Positions 9,847-19,412 of a stretch of 64,000 bases of DNA are shown in pieces. Source of the DNA: Oscillospiraceae bacterium (GTDB lineage Bacteria; Bacillota; Clostridia; Oscillospirales; QAMX01); assembly GCA_015067825.1 (NCBI GenBank), contig SVLQ01000010.1, forward strand, positions 32,750 through 96,749, read 5' to 3'. Under the pieces are notes generated by a model. That model saw nothing but the letters and a program-made list of their open reading frames with translations. It had not been told where the DNA came from and made no database searches. Every line of letters begins with the position of its first letter. Position 1 is the stretch's first letter. The position numbers and the translations under genes are program-made.

Positions 9847-10365
9847 ATCCCGAAAAACGAGCATATGATCAACGCGGAGATCCGCGATCCGTCCGTCCGC
9901 CTCATCGACGAGAACGGAGAACAGAAGGGTGTCGTCACCAATGCGGTCGCGCAGGCTGCGGCGAGAGAAGCCGGCCTCGACCTCGTGAAAATCGCACCGG
10001 GTGCTGTGCCGCCTGTCTGTAAGATCATGGACTACGGCAAGTTCAAGTTTGAACAGGCCAAAAAACTGCGTGAAACGCGGAAAAATCAGAACGTCGTCGA
10101 CGTCAAGGAAGTCAAGCTTTCGGTCGGTATCGGCTCGCACGACTACGATTTCAAGCTCCGCAACGCGCAGAAATTCCTCTCCGACGGCGATAAAGTCAAG
10201 GTTTCGATCCGCTTCCGCGGCCGTGAAATGACGCACACCGATCTGGGTGCCGAGCTTCTGAACCGCTTTGCGGCAGACTGCGGCGAAGTCGGCAGCGTGG
10301 AAAAACCGCCGAAGCTCGAAGGCCGCCAGATGAGCCTTGTTATTTCCGCGAAAACCAATAAGTAA
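9847..10365 (+). CDS. infC: Translation initiation factor IF-3 (non-canonical ATC start)
   Basis: INAEIR, PPVCKIMDYGKFKFE and FRGREM motifs; GGAGGTG 6 nt before an in-frame ATC. Confidence 0.96.
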   Translation: MPKNEHMINAEIRDPSVRLIDENGEQKGVVTNAVAQAAAREAGLDLVKIAPGAVPPVCKIMDYGKFKFEQAKKLRETRKNQNVVDVKEVKLSVGIGSHDYDFKLRNAQKFLSDGDKVKVSIRFRGREMTHTDLGAELLNRFAADCGEVGSVEKPPKLEGRQMSLVISAKTNK

Positions 10366-10429
10366 CGGCTGACTGCAGCCGCGGCGACAGTCCGCGGATG
10401 TTGTTTGACATATGAAAGGAGTCACAATT

Positions 10430-10627
10430 ATGCCCAAGTTAAAGTCTCGTTCCAGCGCGAAAAAACGTTTTTCGTTCACTAAGACCGGTAAAGTCAAGCG
10501 TAAGCAGGCGCTCAGAAACCACATTCTGACCCACAAGAGCACGAAGAAGAAGAGAGCTCTTCGTAAGCAGGCCTATGCCGCGGAAGTCAACGCGCCCGCC
10601 GTCCACAAGATGCTTCCCTACGCGTAA
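10430..10627 (+). CDS. rpmI: 50S ribosomal protein L35
   Basis: [22 protein letters not shown]; synteny with infC and rplT. Confidence 0.97.
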   Translation: MPKLKSRSSAKKRFSFTKTGKVKRKQALRNHILTHKSTKKKRALRKQAYAAEVNAPAVHKMLPYA

Positions 10628-10671
10628 GGCCCCGGTTGTACAATTTAGGTTATTGAAAGGATTGAACTGAT

Positions 10672-11025
10672 ATGGCAAGAATTAAGGGCGCGATGATGAC
10701 CCGTAAAAGAAGAAACAAGACCCTGAGACTCGCAAAGGGTTACTGGGGTGCAAAATCCAAGCACTTTAAGATGGCGAACCAGGCCGTCATGAAGTCGCTG
10801 ACCTACGCTTATGTTGGCCGCCGCCTCAAGAAGCGTGACTTCCGCAGCCTGTGGATCACCCGTATTTCCGCGGCCTGCAAAGCCAACGACATCAACTACT
10901 CCCGTTTCATCAACGGCCTCAAGAAAGCCAACATCACGCTGAACCGCAAGGTTCTCGCCGATATGGCCCACAACGACGCCGCCGGCTTCGCCGCTCTCGT
11001 CGCTGCTGCTAAGGCTGCTCTGTAA
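10672..11025 (+). CDS. rplT: 50S ribosomal protein L20
   Basis: MARIK...AKGYWG...[13 protein letters not shown]. Confidence 0.98.
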   Translation: MARIKGAMMTRKRRNKTLRLAKGYWGAKSKHFKMANQAVMKSLTYAYVGRRLKKRDFRSLWITRISAACKANDINYSRFINGLKKANITLNRKVLADMAHNDAAGFAALVAAAKAAL

Positions 11026-11040
11026 ATTCAGACAGAATTG

Positions 11041-11072
11041 CCGCCCCCGGAAAGCTTCCGGGGGCGGTTTTT
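11041..11072 (+). terminator. Intrinsic terminator of the infC operon
   Basis: ccgcccccggaa-agc-ttccgggggcgg-TTTTT. Confidence 0.88.
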
Positions 11073-11081
11073 GCTGCGCAG

Positions 11082-11116
11082 AAAAAGCAGGTACTGCCAA
11101 AAAGTACCTGCTTTTT
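11082..11116 (-). terminator. Intrinsic terminator of the convergent gene
   Basis: aaaaagcaggtact...agtacctgcttttt. Confidence 0.78.
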
Positions 11117-11137
11117 GAATGCATTATTTGCGTAAAA

Positions 11138-13549
11138 TCAGAATTTTCTGCCGCTGTCGTCGAGCAGATCGTAGTAGCGCGCCGTCCAATACGGCATCGT
11201 GAAAAAACTGCCGCAGAAGAGATAGCCGCGGTCATAGATCGCTGCGGTGGCCGCGCCTTCGGCGTCGACGGTAAAGGGCGAGGAATTGCACTTATGCGTG
11301 CGGCGCTCGTCGATGGGGATCACGCGGTTGGCCTGGGGGCGTTCGCCCTCGGCGGCCGGTGGGATCATCACAACGTCGTTGCGCGTGCTGTTGACCACGG
11401 GGAATCCGCGCAGCCACAGCGGAGTGCGGTTGAGCGTATCGACTGCGGCGGCGAGGTCGACTCCTTCGCTGCCGCGCAGAGCGGCATAGGGGAAGGAATA
11501 GAACGGCTGTGCTTCGCGGCGCATGTTTTCCCACCACTCGTCCAGTCCATTTTCCAGAATTTTCAAACGTTCCGCATCGGTTTCCAGCTCCAAAAGCGGC
11601 CAAAAGGTAACAATCGCCAATTCTTCGTCGGAATAGTTGATGCCTTTGACGTAGTTGTCGCAGCCGTACTGCTCTCTGCCGCGCTGGGAAAGGCGCGTGC
11701 GGTAGGTCGCAAGCAGTTCGGCGTAGCCCTTGCCCTCGGTCACACCGTCGAACGGCGCGTAGCAGAGCTCGTACGCTTCTTCCACGCGGGCACAAACGGC
11801 GGCGTACTCTTCGCAGCCGCGCAGGAACTGCGACGCCACGCGCAGCATGCACATCCACTCGGCGGCATTCAGCGCGGCGTCGGTATAGGCGTACGACGGG
11901 TGGCGCCACGGCTTGTCCGGGCCGTCCCAGTCGGCGAAGTAATCGACGAACCATTTTCCCCACTGCGTGGAGTGGCCGTGGACGTCGATTAGGCGCAGAT
12001 CGTTGTCGAGCAGGTGGGTGATAACGGCGGCGATCGTCGCGCGCGTCAGCGCCAAAAGCTCGCGGTCGTCATCGCTGACGGGATTTTTGAGAAAGTGTTT
12101 CCAGGCAAAGTAGTACATAACGAACGCCGCGATCACTTCTTCCGAGGAGGTATCGGTTTTGAAGATGATGTCGGAATCGTCGCTGGCGGGGTATTTTTCC
12201 GGGCGGTAGGGATCGGGCTTGCGGTAGAGCTCGGCCAGCCGCGCGGGAACTTCGGCCGTTTGCGGCAACGAGAGCACGAACGACTCCGAAACCATGCGGT
12301 CGGAATCCGTGCCGACGCGCGCCTTGACCGCATCGGAGAGCAGATAGTTTTTGCCCTCGGCGTCGTTTTTGCCCGCACGGATATGGGTCGTATCCTCGAC
12401 CGTACAGAAAGCGCTGCCGTTTTCATCGATGTCGCTTCTGAGCCAGAGACCGTTGGTGGCGATGTGGCCGTTTTCGACGAAAACCTGATCGCGCTTGGAG
12501 ACGTAGCCGCGGCAGACCAGCCCGTTGCCGAAGCGGTGGACGTGGCTTTGGAGCAGCACGTTTTCGAGCACGCGCATAAATTTCGCTTTGGCATCGCGCG
12601 CACCGAGCTGATCGCCCTCGGCGGCCATCACCGAATAGCGTTGGGCATCGCCGATGGCGGTAAAGACCGACCAAAGCGCATCGTTGTTGGTAGAGTAGCG
12701 GAACGTAGGTTCGACCGTTTCGTTGCCGCAGTTTTCGGCGGTGTAGTGCGTATCACAGAGCGAGCCGCGCACGGAGTGCAGCTCCCAGGTCAGGCGGTCA
12801 TACCAATCGGCCTTTTCGCGCAGACGTTTGCGGAACCGGCGCACGTGCACGTAGCCGAGCTCGTTTTCGATCCAGATCCCGTCTTCGCCGTCGGAGGCAA
12901 CGGCCGAAACCGTCGGTGACGCGCCGAAAAGGTAGCGGCCGCCGTGGTAGAGCTCCACGCGGCGGCGGTCGTAGGTTGCCTCGGCGGAAAGCTGCATCAC
13001 GCCGTCGGCCAGCGCAACGTAGCGCACCGAACGGTCGCCGCAGACGGCCTTAACGTTACCGATGGCTTCGATCAGACCCTCGCTGCGGAAGGTTTTCGAG
13101 CGTTCCAGTGCCTCCACAACCCCCTTGGGGAGCTCGGCAGGCTTGGGATAATACTGCGGGGATTTTTGCAGTGCGGACGTGCGCATTTCCACAGGGCGCA
13201 CCATCGGTACGCTGAAGCGGAATACCGCCTCGTCGGTGGCGGCAAACATATGGTTTTTCTCCAGGAAAAGTGCGCGCACAGGCCGATCGCCGGCCAGAGC
13301 GGAGACCGATTCAACCAAGTTGCCCATCAGACTGCAGCGGCTGAGCAAGCCGGTCTGCGGGTCGGCGAACCAAAGCGTGCCGTCGCCGGCGAGCGCCGAG
13401 CAGGTGATCCGGCCCAGCGGCAGTGCCGACGGAGCCATCGTCAGGCGCTCGTCGATCGGTTCGCACGACGTCAGGATCATGCGGCGATACAGCCGCAATT
13501 GTTCCGGAATGACCGGGTCTTCCCAGTCAAGGCGGTAAGATTGCTGCAT
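11138..13549 (-). CDS. Uncharacterised 803-aa protein: propeller-like N-terminus plus helical, possibly (alpha/alpha)-barrel hydrolase-like C-terminus
   Basis: Long ORF with host-like codon usage; DGTLW/DGIW repeats; KTDTSSEE, TQWGKW, NYSDEEL and PYWTARY motifs. Confidence 0.6.
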   Translation of the reverse strand: MQQSYRLDWEDPVIPEQLRLYRRMILTSCEPIDERLTMAPSALPLGRITCSALAGDGTLWFADPQTGLLSRCSLMGNLVESVSALAGDRPVRALFLEKNHMFAATDEAVFRFSVPMVRPVEMRTSALQKSPQYYPKPAELPKGVVEALERSKTFRSEGLIEAIGNVKAVCGDRSVRYVALADGVMQLSAEATYDRRRVELYHGGRYLFGASPTVSAVASDGEDGIWIENELGYVHVRRFRKRLREKADWYDRLTWELHSVRGSLCDTHYTAENCGNETVEPTFRYSTNNDALWSVFTAIGDAQRYSVMAAEGDQLGARDAKAKFMRVLENVLLQSHVHRFGNGLVCRGYVSKRDQVFVENGHIATNGLWLRSDIDENGSAFCTVEDTTHIRAGKNDAEGKNYLLSDAVKARVGTDSDRMVSESFVLSLPQTAEVPARLAELYRKPDPYRPEKYPASDDSDIIFKTDTSSEEVIAAFVMYYFAWKHFLKNPVSDDDRELLALTRATIAAVITHLLDNDLRLIDVHGHSTQWGKWFVDYFADWDGPDKPWRHPSYAYTDAALNAAEWMCMLRVASQFLRGCEEYAAVCARVEEAYELCYAPFDGVTEGKGYAELLATYRTRLSQRGREQYGCDNYVKGINYSDEELAIVTFWPLLELETDAERLKILENGLDEWWENMRREAQPFYSFPYAALRGSEGVDLAAAVDTLNRTPLWLRGFPVVNSTRNDVVMIPPAAEGERPQANRVIPIDERRTHKCNSSPFTVDAEGAATAAIYDRGYLFCGSFFTMPYWTARYYDLLDDSGRKF

Positions 13550-13682
13550 AGAATTGCCTCATTTCTTGCATGTTTGTGCATATGTATTTCAAAAACCGTC
13601 CAATTGCAGACAGATCGGCATTCGGAGGGGGAGAACGCCGAGGGGAGGTGGGAGGAGTCTGCGCTTGGGTGGTGTTTTTGCA

Positions 13683-14468
13683 TCAGTCGGCCACGAAGGT
13701 GCAGAGGAACGGGAAATGGTCGGAGGGGAACTGACCGCCGCGCTTGGTGGCCAGAACTTCGGCGATCAGCGGACGCAGCGCGCCCTTGCTGTAGAAAATA
13801 TGGTCGATCGGGCCATGGCGGACGACCGGTGCCTCGACGCGGAAACCGTGGTAGGTGTCGTAGTCGGTCGATTCGTCGGCGTTCAGACGAGCATCGTAGA
13901 AGGGCGGCTGATTCATCACGGCAAAGGCCTCGCTCGTGGGCGTGACGTTGTAGTCGCCGGCAATGAAGCACTGGCGCGTTTCGACTTCGGGGAGGAAGAT
14001 CTTCCGGACGAGCGCGGCGCCGTTTTTCTGCGCGAGGCGGGCAACGTGGTCGAGATGGAGCGAGCCGACGGCGATCTCGCCGCTGCCGTCGTTGCATTTG
14101 AGGATCGCTTTGGCACAGACGCGCTTGTTGACTTCGCCGTCCCAACCGATCGACGGCACGTCGGGCGTTTCGCTCAGCCACCAGGTATGGCCGGAAATGA
14201 AGGTAAAGAGCGCCGTTTTATAGAAGATTGCAGAATGCTCGCCTTCGCGGACACCGTCGTCGCGGCCGACGCCGTAGTAGGCATATTCCGGCAGATGCTC
14301 GGACAGATAATCCATCTGTTCGGCGTAGGCTTCCTGCACGCAGAAGATGTCGGGGTTGCGGGCAGCGATCTGGGCTGCGAGATGCGCTTTGCGGTTGTCC
14401 CAGCAGTGGAGACCGGTGTCGCCGTATTGGTTGCGGATGTTGTAGTTCATCATGCGAAACAGTTTCAT
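13683..14468 (-). CDS. Endonuclease/exonuclease/phosphatase (EEP) family protein
   Basis: YNIR, QE, GDYN, IDHIF and SDHFP motifs. Confidence 0.92.
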   Translation of the reverse strand: MKLFRMMNYNIRNQYGDTGLHCWDNRKAHLAAQIAARNPDIFCVQEAYAEQMDYLSEHLPEYAYYGVGRDDGVREGEHSAIFYKTALFTFISGHTWWLSETPDVPSIGWDGEVNKRVCAKAILKCNDGSGEIAVGSLHLDHVARLAQKNGAALVRKIFLPEVETRQCFIAGDYNVTPTSEAFAVMNQPPFYDARLNADESTDYDTYHGFRVEAPVVRHGPIDHIFYSKGALRPLIAEVLATKRGGQFPSDHFPFLCTFVAD

Positions 14469-14638
14469 GGTGTGCCATCCTTTCTTAAAACGGTTACAAA
14501 ACTACGTTTTGCAACCGAAATCTCATCCAATCCGTTTTTTCGGCGGCTTTGCTGCCGAAAAAACTCCACTAAGACGGTCGCAAGACCGTCCACGCGCCGC
14601 AGCGAATCCGATCGAAAACTTTGTTTTCGATCGATTTT

Positions 14639-15676
14639 CTATATGCACAGCTCGTAGATCAGCGTTTCCAGAACGGTCTGGCGATTGGCGTTGTTGCCAA
14701 ACATCGCTTTTTCCGCATCGAAGCAGAGGATCGCCGCGCGCCGCAGCGATTCCGGGCGGAATCGGCGGGACTGCGCCATGACCTTGGAAGCGGCGTAGGC
14801 GCTGGGGATGCGCGCCATCTGCATGAATTCGGCCGTGGAAAGATGCTTGGTTTCGGCGAGCGAGGCGGCGTAAAGCTGGCGCATCGCCCGGCCGATCGCC
14901 TGGACGGCGGCAGTTTCGTCGTTGCCCTGCTTCAGATAACGGTCGAGACGGGTGACGGCTGTGCCGATGCTTTTTTGGGCAAGCGCATCGGTGATCTGGT
15001 AGACGATCGCCTCACCGACGGGCATGGCGATCGCGTCGATATCTTCGGTACGGATCTGCGGGCCTTTGGTATAGGACGCGACCTTCAAAAGCTCCGGCAG
15101 CGTCGCGCTCATCAGATCGCCGCATTGGTCGAGCAGATATCCGGCTTCACGGTCGCCGCAGCTTTTGCCGCAGGCTTCAAAGCGGCGAATGACCCACCGC
15201 ACCAAGTCGGCGCGGCTCTGGTGCGCAAACTCCACGCGCTGGGCGTGCTCGTTGACGAGCGCTTCGATCTTTTTGTTTTTGCGTCCGCTCGCGCCCGGCG
15301 GCGTATCGCCGTAGGCGACGATCAGGCACACCGTCGGCGAGAGGTCGGCGAGGATCGGCTCGATCTCGGCGGCCATTTTGGCGTCGGCGGTGGTGATATC
15401 GTAGTCGCGGACCAGTACGAGCTTGCGCTCGGCAAACAGCGGAAAGCTCTCGAGCTCCTCCGCAAGCGCCTTGGGCGTGCAGGCTTTGCCCACGAGTGTG
15501 CAGAAGTTGCTTTCGTCTTCGTCGACGATCAAGCGCTTGATCTGGCCGATATAATGCTCGCGCAGGTAGGCTTCTTCGCCGTAGAAGAGGTAAAAACGGT
15601 TGACGATACCTTGAGCGAGCTCTTTTTTTAGGCGCGAAAGGCTCGCCGCGCTGCCTTTATCCTGTTTTGCTGCCAA
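14639..15676 (-). CDS. holA: DNA polymerase III subunit delta
   Basis: YLFYGEEAYL, PLFAERKLVLV; directly downstream of comEC. Confidence 0.92.
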   Translation of the reverse strand: MAAKQDKGSAASLSRLKKELAQGIVNRFYLFYGEEAYLREHYIGQIKRLIVDEDESNFCTLVGKACTPKALAEELESFPLFAERKLVLVRDYDITTADAKMAAEIEPILADLSPTVCLIVAYGDTPPGASGRKNKKIEALVNEHAQRVEFAHQSRADLVRWVIRRFEACGKSCGDREAGYLLDQCGDLMSATLPELLKVASYTKGPQIRTEDIDAIAMPVGEAIVYQITDALAQKSIGTAVTRLDRYLKQGNDETAAVQAIGRAMRQLYAASLAETKHLSTAEFMQMARIPSAYAASKVMAQSRRFRPESLRRAAILCFDAEKAMFGNNANRQTVLETLIYELCI

Positions 15677-15694
15677 GCCCTTTGCCCCCTTTTT

Positions 15695-17908
15695 TCAGTC
15701 GTTTTCCAGCCGCAGACGGATCGTCCCTTCGGCGGCGGTATTGCGCGCGCCGACAAATGTTTCGTCGGCTTTGTTCGAACATATTATAACATATTCCGCC
15801 TGCATTTTCACTAACATTTCTTCCTGTAACGGAAATTTAATCGCGTGCCCCGCGCTGACGACGGCATCGGCTGTTCCGATCCGCGCATCCTCTGCAAGCG
15901 CGGCCAATGCGCGTTCACTGTGATCGCCGAACACAACGACTTCGCCGTAGGCCGAGCGCACGCAAACCGCTGCCGAAGCATCAGCCGGACGATCGGCGGG
16001 CAAATATATCGCAGCCGAGAGCGTTCCGACCGTAAATTCTGCACCGTCGGCAAGCGTGTGCAGCTCGATTCCGGCATTCTCTGCGCGCAGGCAAAGCTCC
16101 TCTGTAAGCAACTGGTCGCCGTTTGCAGGCGCGAACGCGATTTCGCGAATGATCGGCAGCACCTCGGCGATCCCGTTGGCGTGGTGAGGCTTATTTGTCG
16201 AGACGATGAGCAGGTCGATGTCGCGGATGTTGCGCGCCTTTAAGTGCTCGGCGAGAACTTCGCCGGAGCTCCCGCGGGTGGAGCCGCAGTCGACGACGAT
16301 CGTATCTTCGCCGCAGGTGATGACGATGCAGCGTCCGTAGCCGACGTCGAGGGCGGCGATCTCCATCGCACTTGCCGCATAGCGGTGCATGGCAAACAGA
16401 GCAGCCTGCAGGCTGATGGTTGCCAACAGGATGGCGGCCATCGCTGTGCGCAGCCGCGGCCGCAAGAGCAGCCATACCGTCAGCCCACACAACAACAGGA
16501 TCCATACCCGCACGAAGATACTCTCTGTTCCCAGCGAGGCAAAGGGGATTGCCGCAGATATGCGGATTGCGGCTTCCAGCAGGCCGGAAATCCAAACAAC
16601 CGGTGCGGCCAACAGCGAAGCGAGCGGCATCCAAACAAAGGCCGTGCCCAAAGCCAGCCATCCGAACAAAAACAGCAGCTCAATGACCCACAAAACGACC
16701 AGATTGGTCAAGATCGAAATGAGCGAAATGCTGCCGAAATAAAAGGCAACCAGCGGCATGGTGAAGACCTGTGCCGAGAGCGTCAGCGCGAGGGCCGTTA
16801 CGAGCCCGGAAATCGGCTTGGCCAGCCAGCGCGGCCAAGCCTTTGTGCGGGAAGAAATACAGCGAATCAAGCGCTGGGCGAACAGCAGAATGCCTAAAAC
16901 CGATGCAAACGAGAGCTGCAGACCGATATCGGCGACTGCGTAGGGATTTTGAAGCAGCAGAACGGCCAACGCTAAACCAAGCGATGTCAGACCGTCGCTT
17001 TTGCGGCCGAAAACCGCAGCCGAAAAGAAAAGGATCTGCACGAGCATTGCGCGGACGATCGATGCGGTAAAACCCGTCACCGCCGCAAACGCCAGCGAAA
17101 TGATCGACGCGATCACAAAGTTGCGCCGCCGACCGTGCGAAAAAAGCAGCAGAATCGCGGTAAAAAAGGTCAGATGTGTGCCGGAAACGGCAAAAATATG
17201 GGAAACGCCGGTGTCGGCGACGGCGTCGCTGAATGCTTCGTCGAATTCCGTGCGGTCGCCGAGTAGGAGTGCGCGCATCGTCGGTGCGGCCTCGCCGAAG
17301 ACGGTATCGATCGTTTCCAGCATCGTGCGGCGTACGCGTTGCGGCAGATTTTTGAGTGTTTTCTCTCCGACGGCGTCCCATTCGAGCGATTCCGGCGTCC
17401 CGCTGAGGAAAATCCCCTTGACCGTTTGGTAAGTGCCGTAGGCAGGATCGTTGCGCGTGGCGGAAAATGCAATGTCGCCGTGCAGCCGGTCGCCCACATC
17501 GACCAAAGCGGCGATCTCGCCGTAGCACCAAATCGATGCCCGCGTACCGCTGCCGTCGAGGATCTCGACCGTCACGCGCGCACTGTTTTGGTAGCGCTCG
17601 GGAAGCTCGGTGACCAACAGGGAAAATGGCCGTACCTCGCCGGTATAGCGCGTTTCGATCTCGCAAATGCGCACGTCGGCACGCCAAAAGACCGCCGCCA
17701 TCAGCACCAAGCCCGAGGCAAACGCCAAAAGCGATGCGGCGATCCTGCGCAGGCGGCCGCGTGCAAATATGATGGGGAAGAGCGCGGCGAACATACAGCC
17801 GAGGCCGCCGATCAGCAACGGAACTGCCCATTCCGCGCGGCCATAGACCAGCGCGAGTGCGGCGGCGAGTATTCCGAACGCGGCGGTGAAAAGCGGTCGA
17901 ATCGGCAC
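15695..17908 (-). CDS. comEC: ComEC/Rec2 DNA-uptake channel with degenerate metallo-beta-lactamase-like domain
   Basis: GVSHIFAVSGTH, GFTASIVRA, GLQLSF and LDVGYG motifs; GTG start after GAAAGGAG. Confidence 0.9.
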   Translation of the reverse strand: MPIRPLFTAAFGILAAALALVYGRAEWAVPLLIGGLGCMFAALFPIIFARGRLRRIAASLLAFASGLVLMAAVFWRADVRICEIETRYTGEVRPFSLLVTELPERYQNSARVTVEILDGSGTRASIWCYGEIAALVDVGDRLHGDIAFSATRNDPAYGTYQTVKGIFLSGTPESLEWDAVGEKTLKNLPQRVRRTMLETIDTVFGEAAPTMRALLLGDRTEFDEAFSDAVADTGVSHIFAVSGTHLTFFTAILLLFSHGRRRNFVIASIISLAFAAVTGFTASIVRAMLVQILFFSAAVFGRKSDGLTSLGLALAVLLLQNPYAVADIGLQLSFASVLGILLFAQRLIRCISSRTKAWPRWLAKPISGLVTALALTLSAQVFTMPLVAFYFGSISLISILTNLVVLWVIELLFLFGWLALGTAFVWMPLASLLAAPVVWISGLLEAAIRISAAIPFASLGTESIFVRVWILLLCGLTVWLLLRPRLRTAMAAILLATISLQAALFAMHRYAASAMEIAALDVGYGRCIVITCGEDTIVVDCGSTRGSSGEVLAEHLKARNIRDIDLLIVSTNKPHHANGIAEVLPIIREIAFAPANGDQLLTEELCLRAENAGIELHTLADGAEFTVGTLSAAIYLPADRPADASAAVCVRSAYGEVVVFGDHSERALAALAEDARIGTADAVVSAGHAIKFPLQEEMLVKMQAEYVIICSNKADETFVGARNTAAEGTIRLRLEND

Positions 17909-17967
17909 GGGCAGTCTCCTTTCCTGTGATTTTTGGTGGAAAAATTTGTTGTTTTCGCCGTCAACTA

Positions 17968-17996
17968 TTGATAGATCGTGTCGAATATGGTACAAT
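17968..17996 (+). promoter_or_regulatory. SigA-type promoter
   Basis: TTGATA-17 bp-TACAAT with extended TG. Confidence 0.55.
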
Positions 17997-18043
17997 AAAC
18001 GATAGAGGATTTTTTCGGATGATCGGAGTGCGAGTGGGTAAGT

Positions 18044-18646
18044 ATGATTGACAAGATGCGTCGATTGGAATTATGTATGAAAGAGTGTGCAGCGACCTTT
18101 GGCTGGAGCCTTTCGGGCAACTGTTTGGCGTGCAGCAAGGGCGCACTTTCGTTTTTGCTGCTGCCCACGCTGGAAGATGAGCAGATCAACTATTCGCTTT
18201 CCTATCGCCTGACCGAATTTGACCGCATCTATCATGCAATGACCACCGCCAATATCTTCCCCGGCGCCAAAATCGCCGACGGCAGCCAACCGGTGGAATC
18301 GTGGGGGCTGATGTCGGTTTCGACGGCGATGCGCACGATCACCGGCCGCGCCGACCGCTTTGCCACCGCACTGGCGCAGCGCGTCAAAGATCCGGCCGAA
18401 AACCTCGATTTCCTCCGCTATCTCTATGCCCGCAGCATCCGCGATCTCAAACCGCCGCTCGATTATTCCTGCGAACTGATCCTCTCCTGCCTTCTGACCG
18501 GCGATTTCGATGCCGCCGAAAAAGCAGCCGCCGCTGCCCGCCGAAACGGCGACAACGGCGGAGAACTCTATGACCATGTTCGCAGCTATATCAACCGCTA
18601 TGCCCCGCAGGAATCCGCCCCGCAAGAGGGCATGAGCTGGTACTGA
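18044..18646 (+). CDS. Hypothetical protein
   Basis: 200-aa ORF filling the gap between comEC and nif3-like, with an upstream promoter; no recognised motif. Confidence 0.6.
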   Translation: MIDKMRRLELCMKECAATFGWSLSGNCLACSKGALSFLLLPTLEDEQINYSLSYRLTEFDRIYHAMTTANIFPGAKIADGSQPVESWGLMSVSTAMRTITGRADRFATALAQRVKDPAENLDFLRYLYARSIRDLKPPLDYSCELILSCLLTGDFDAAEKAAAAARRNGDNGGELYDHVRSYINRYAPQESAPQEGMSWY

Positions 18647-19395
18647 AAAATCGGCTGATCGCTTTCGGCGCGCAAAAATTGCACCGAAGGAAGTGCCGCG
18701 GAGAGCCGTGCGATCACGCGGTCGCGCACCGGCGCTTCGGTCTCGTAGTGGCCGGCATCGACCAGCGAGATCTGCGCGCGCAGGGCATCCGCCGCGTGGT
18801 TATGGCGAAAATCGCCGCTGACAAAAACATCGGCGCCGCTCAAAACGGCTGCCTCAAAAAACGAAGCACCGCCGCCGCAGCAAACTGCGGCGGTTTTTAT
18901 TTTGCGCCCACTGTCGACGAATTTGACCGCCGGCAGCCCGACTGCCGCGCGGATATGCTCGGCAAGCGCGCGCACATCGGCCAGTTCCTCCGGTACCTTC
19001 GCCAGCGCACAGCAGCCATCGGTTCCTTCGACCGTGACGACCTTTTCCAGACCGATCAGTTGCAGATAAGTATCGTTGACGCCGTCTTCGGCGACGTCGA
19101 GGTTCGTGTGCGCCGCAAGGATTGAGATCCCGCTGCGGATCGCCGCGTAGACCGGGTCGGACGCGCCGATTGCGCGCATGGGGTTGTAGATCAGCGGATG
19201 GTGGGCGAGGATGCAGTCGACGCCCTTTTCGGCCGCTTCGGCGACGATCGCGCGCGTTACGTCGACGACGACCATCACGCGCGAAACCGGCAGCTCCCGG
19301 CTGCCGACCAGAATTCCGCAGTTATCGGTGGGTTTTGCTTTTTCAAACGGGGCAAACGATTGGATCGCATCGTAGAGATCGCCGACGGTAGGCAT
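18598..19395 (-). CDS. Nif3-like dinuclear metal centre protein (YbgI/YqfO family)
   Basis: DNCGILVG, AHHPLIY, HTNLD and DAGHYETE motifs. Confidence 0.92.
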   Translation of the reverse strand: MPTVGDLYDAIQSFAPFEKAKPTDNCGILVGSRELPVSRVMVVVDVTRAIVAEAAEKGVDCILAHHPLIYNPMRAIGASDPVYAAIRSGISILAAHTNLDVAEDGVNDTYLQLIGLEKVVTVEGTDGCCALAKVPEELADVRALAEHIRAAVGLPAVKFVDSGRKIKTAAVCCGGGASFFEAAVLSGADVFVSGDFRHNHAADALRAQISLVDAGHYETEAPVRDRVIARLSAALPSVQFLRAESDQPIFQYQLMPSCGADSCGA

Positions 19396-19412
19396 ACAGA
19401 GTTCCTCTCTTC

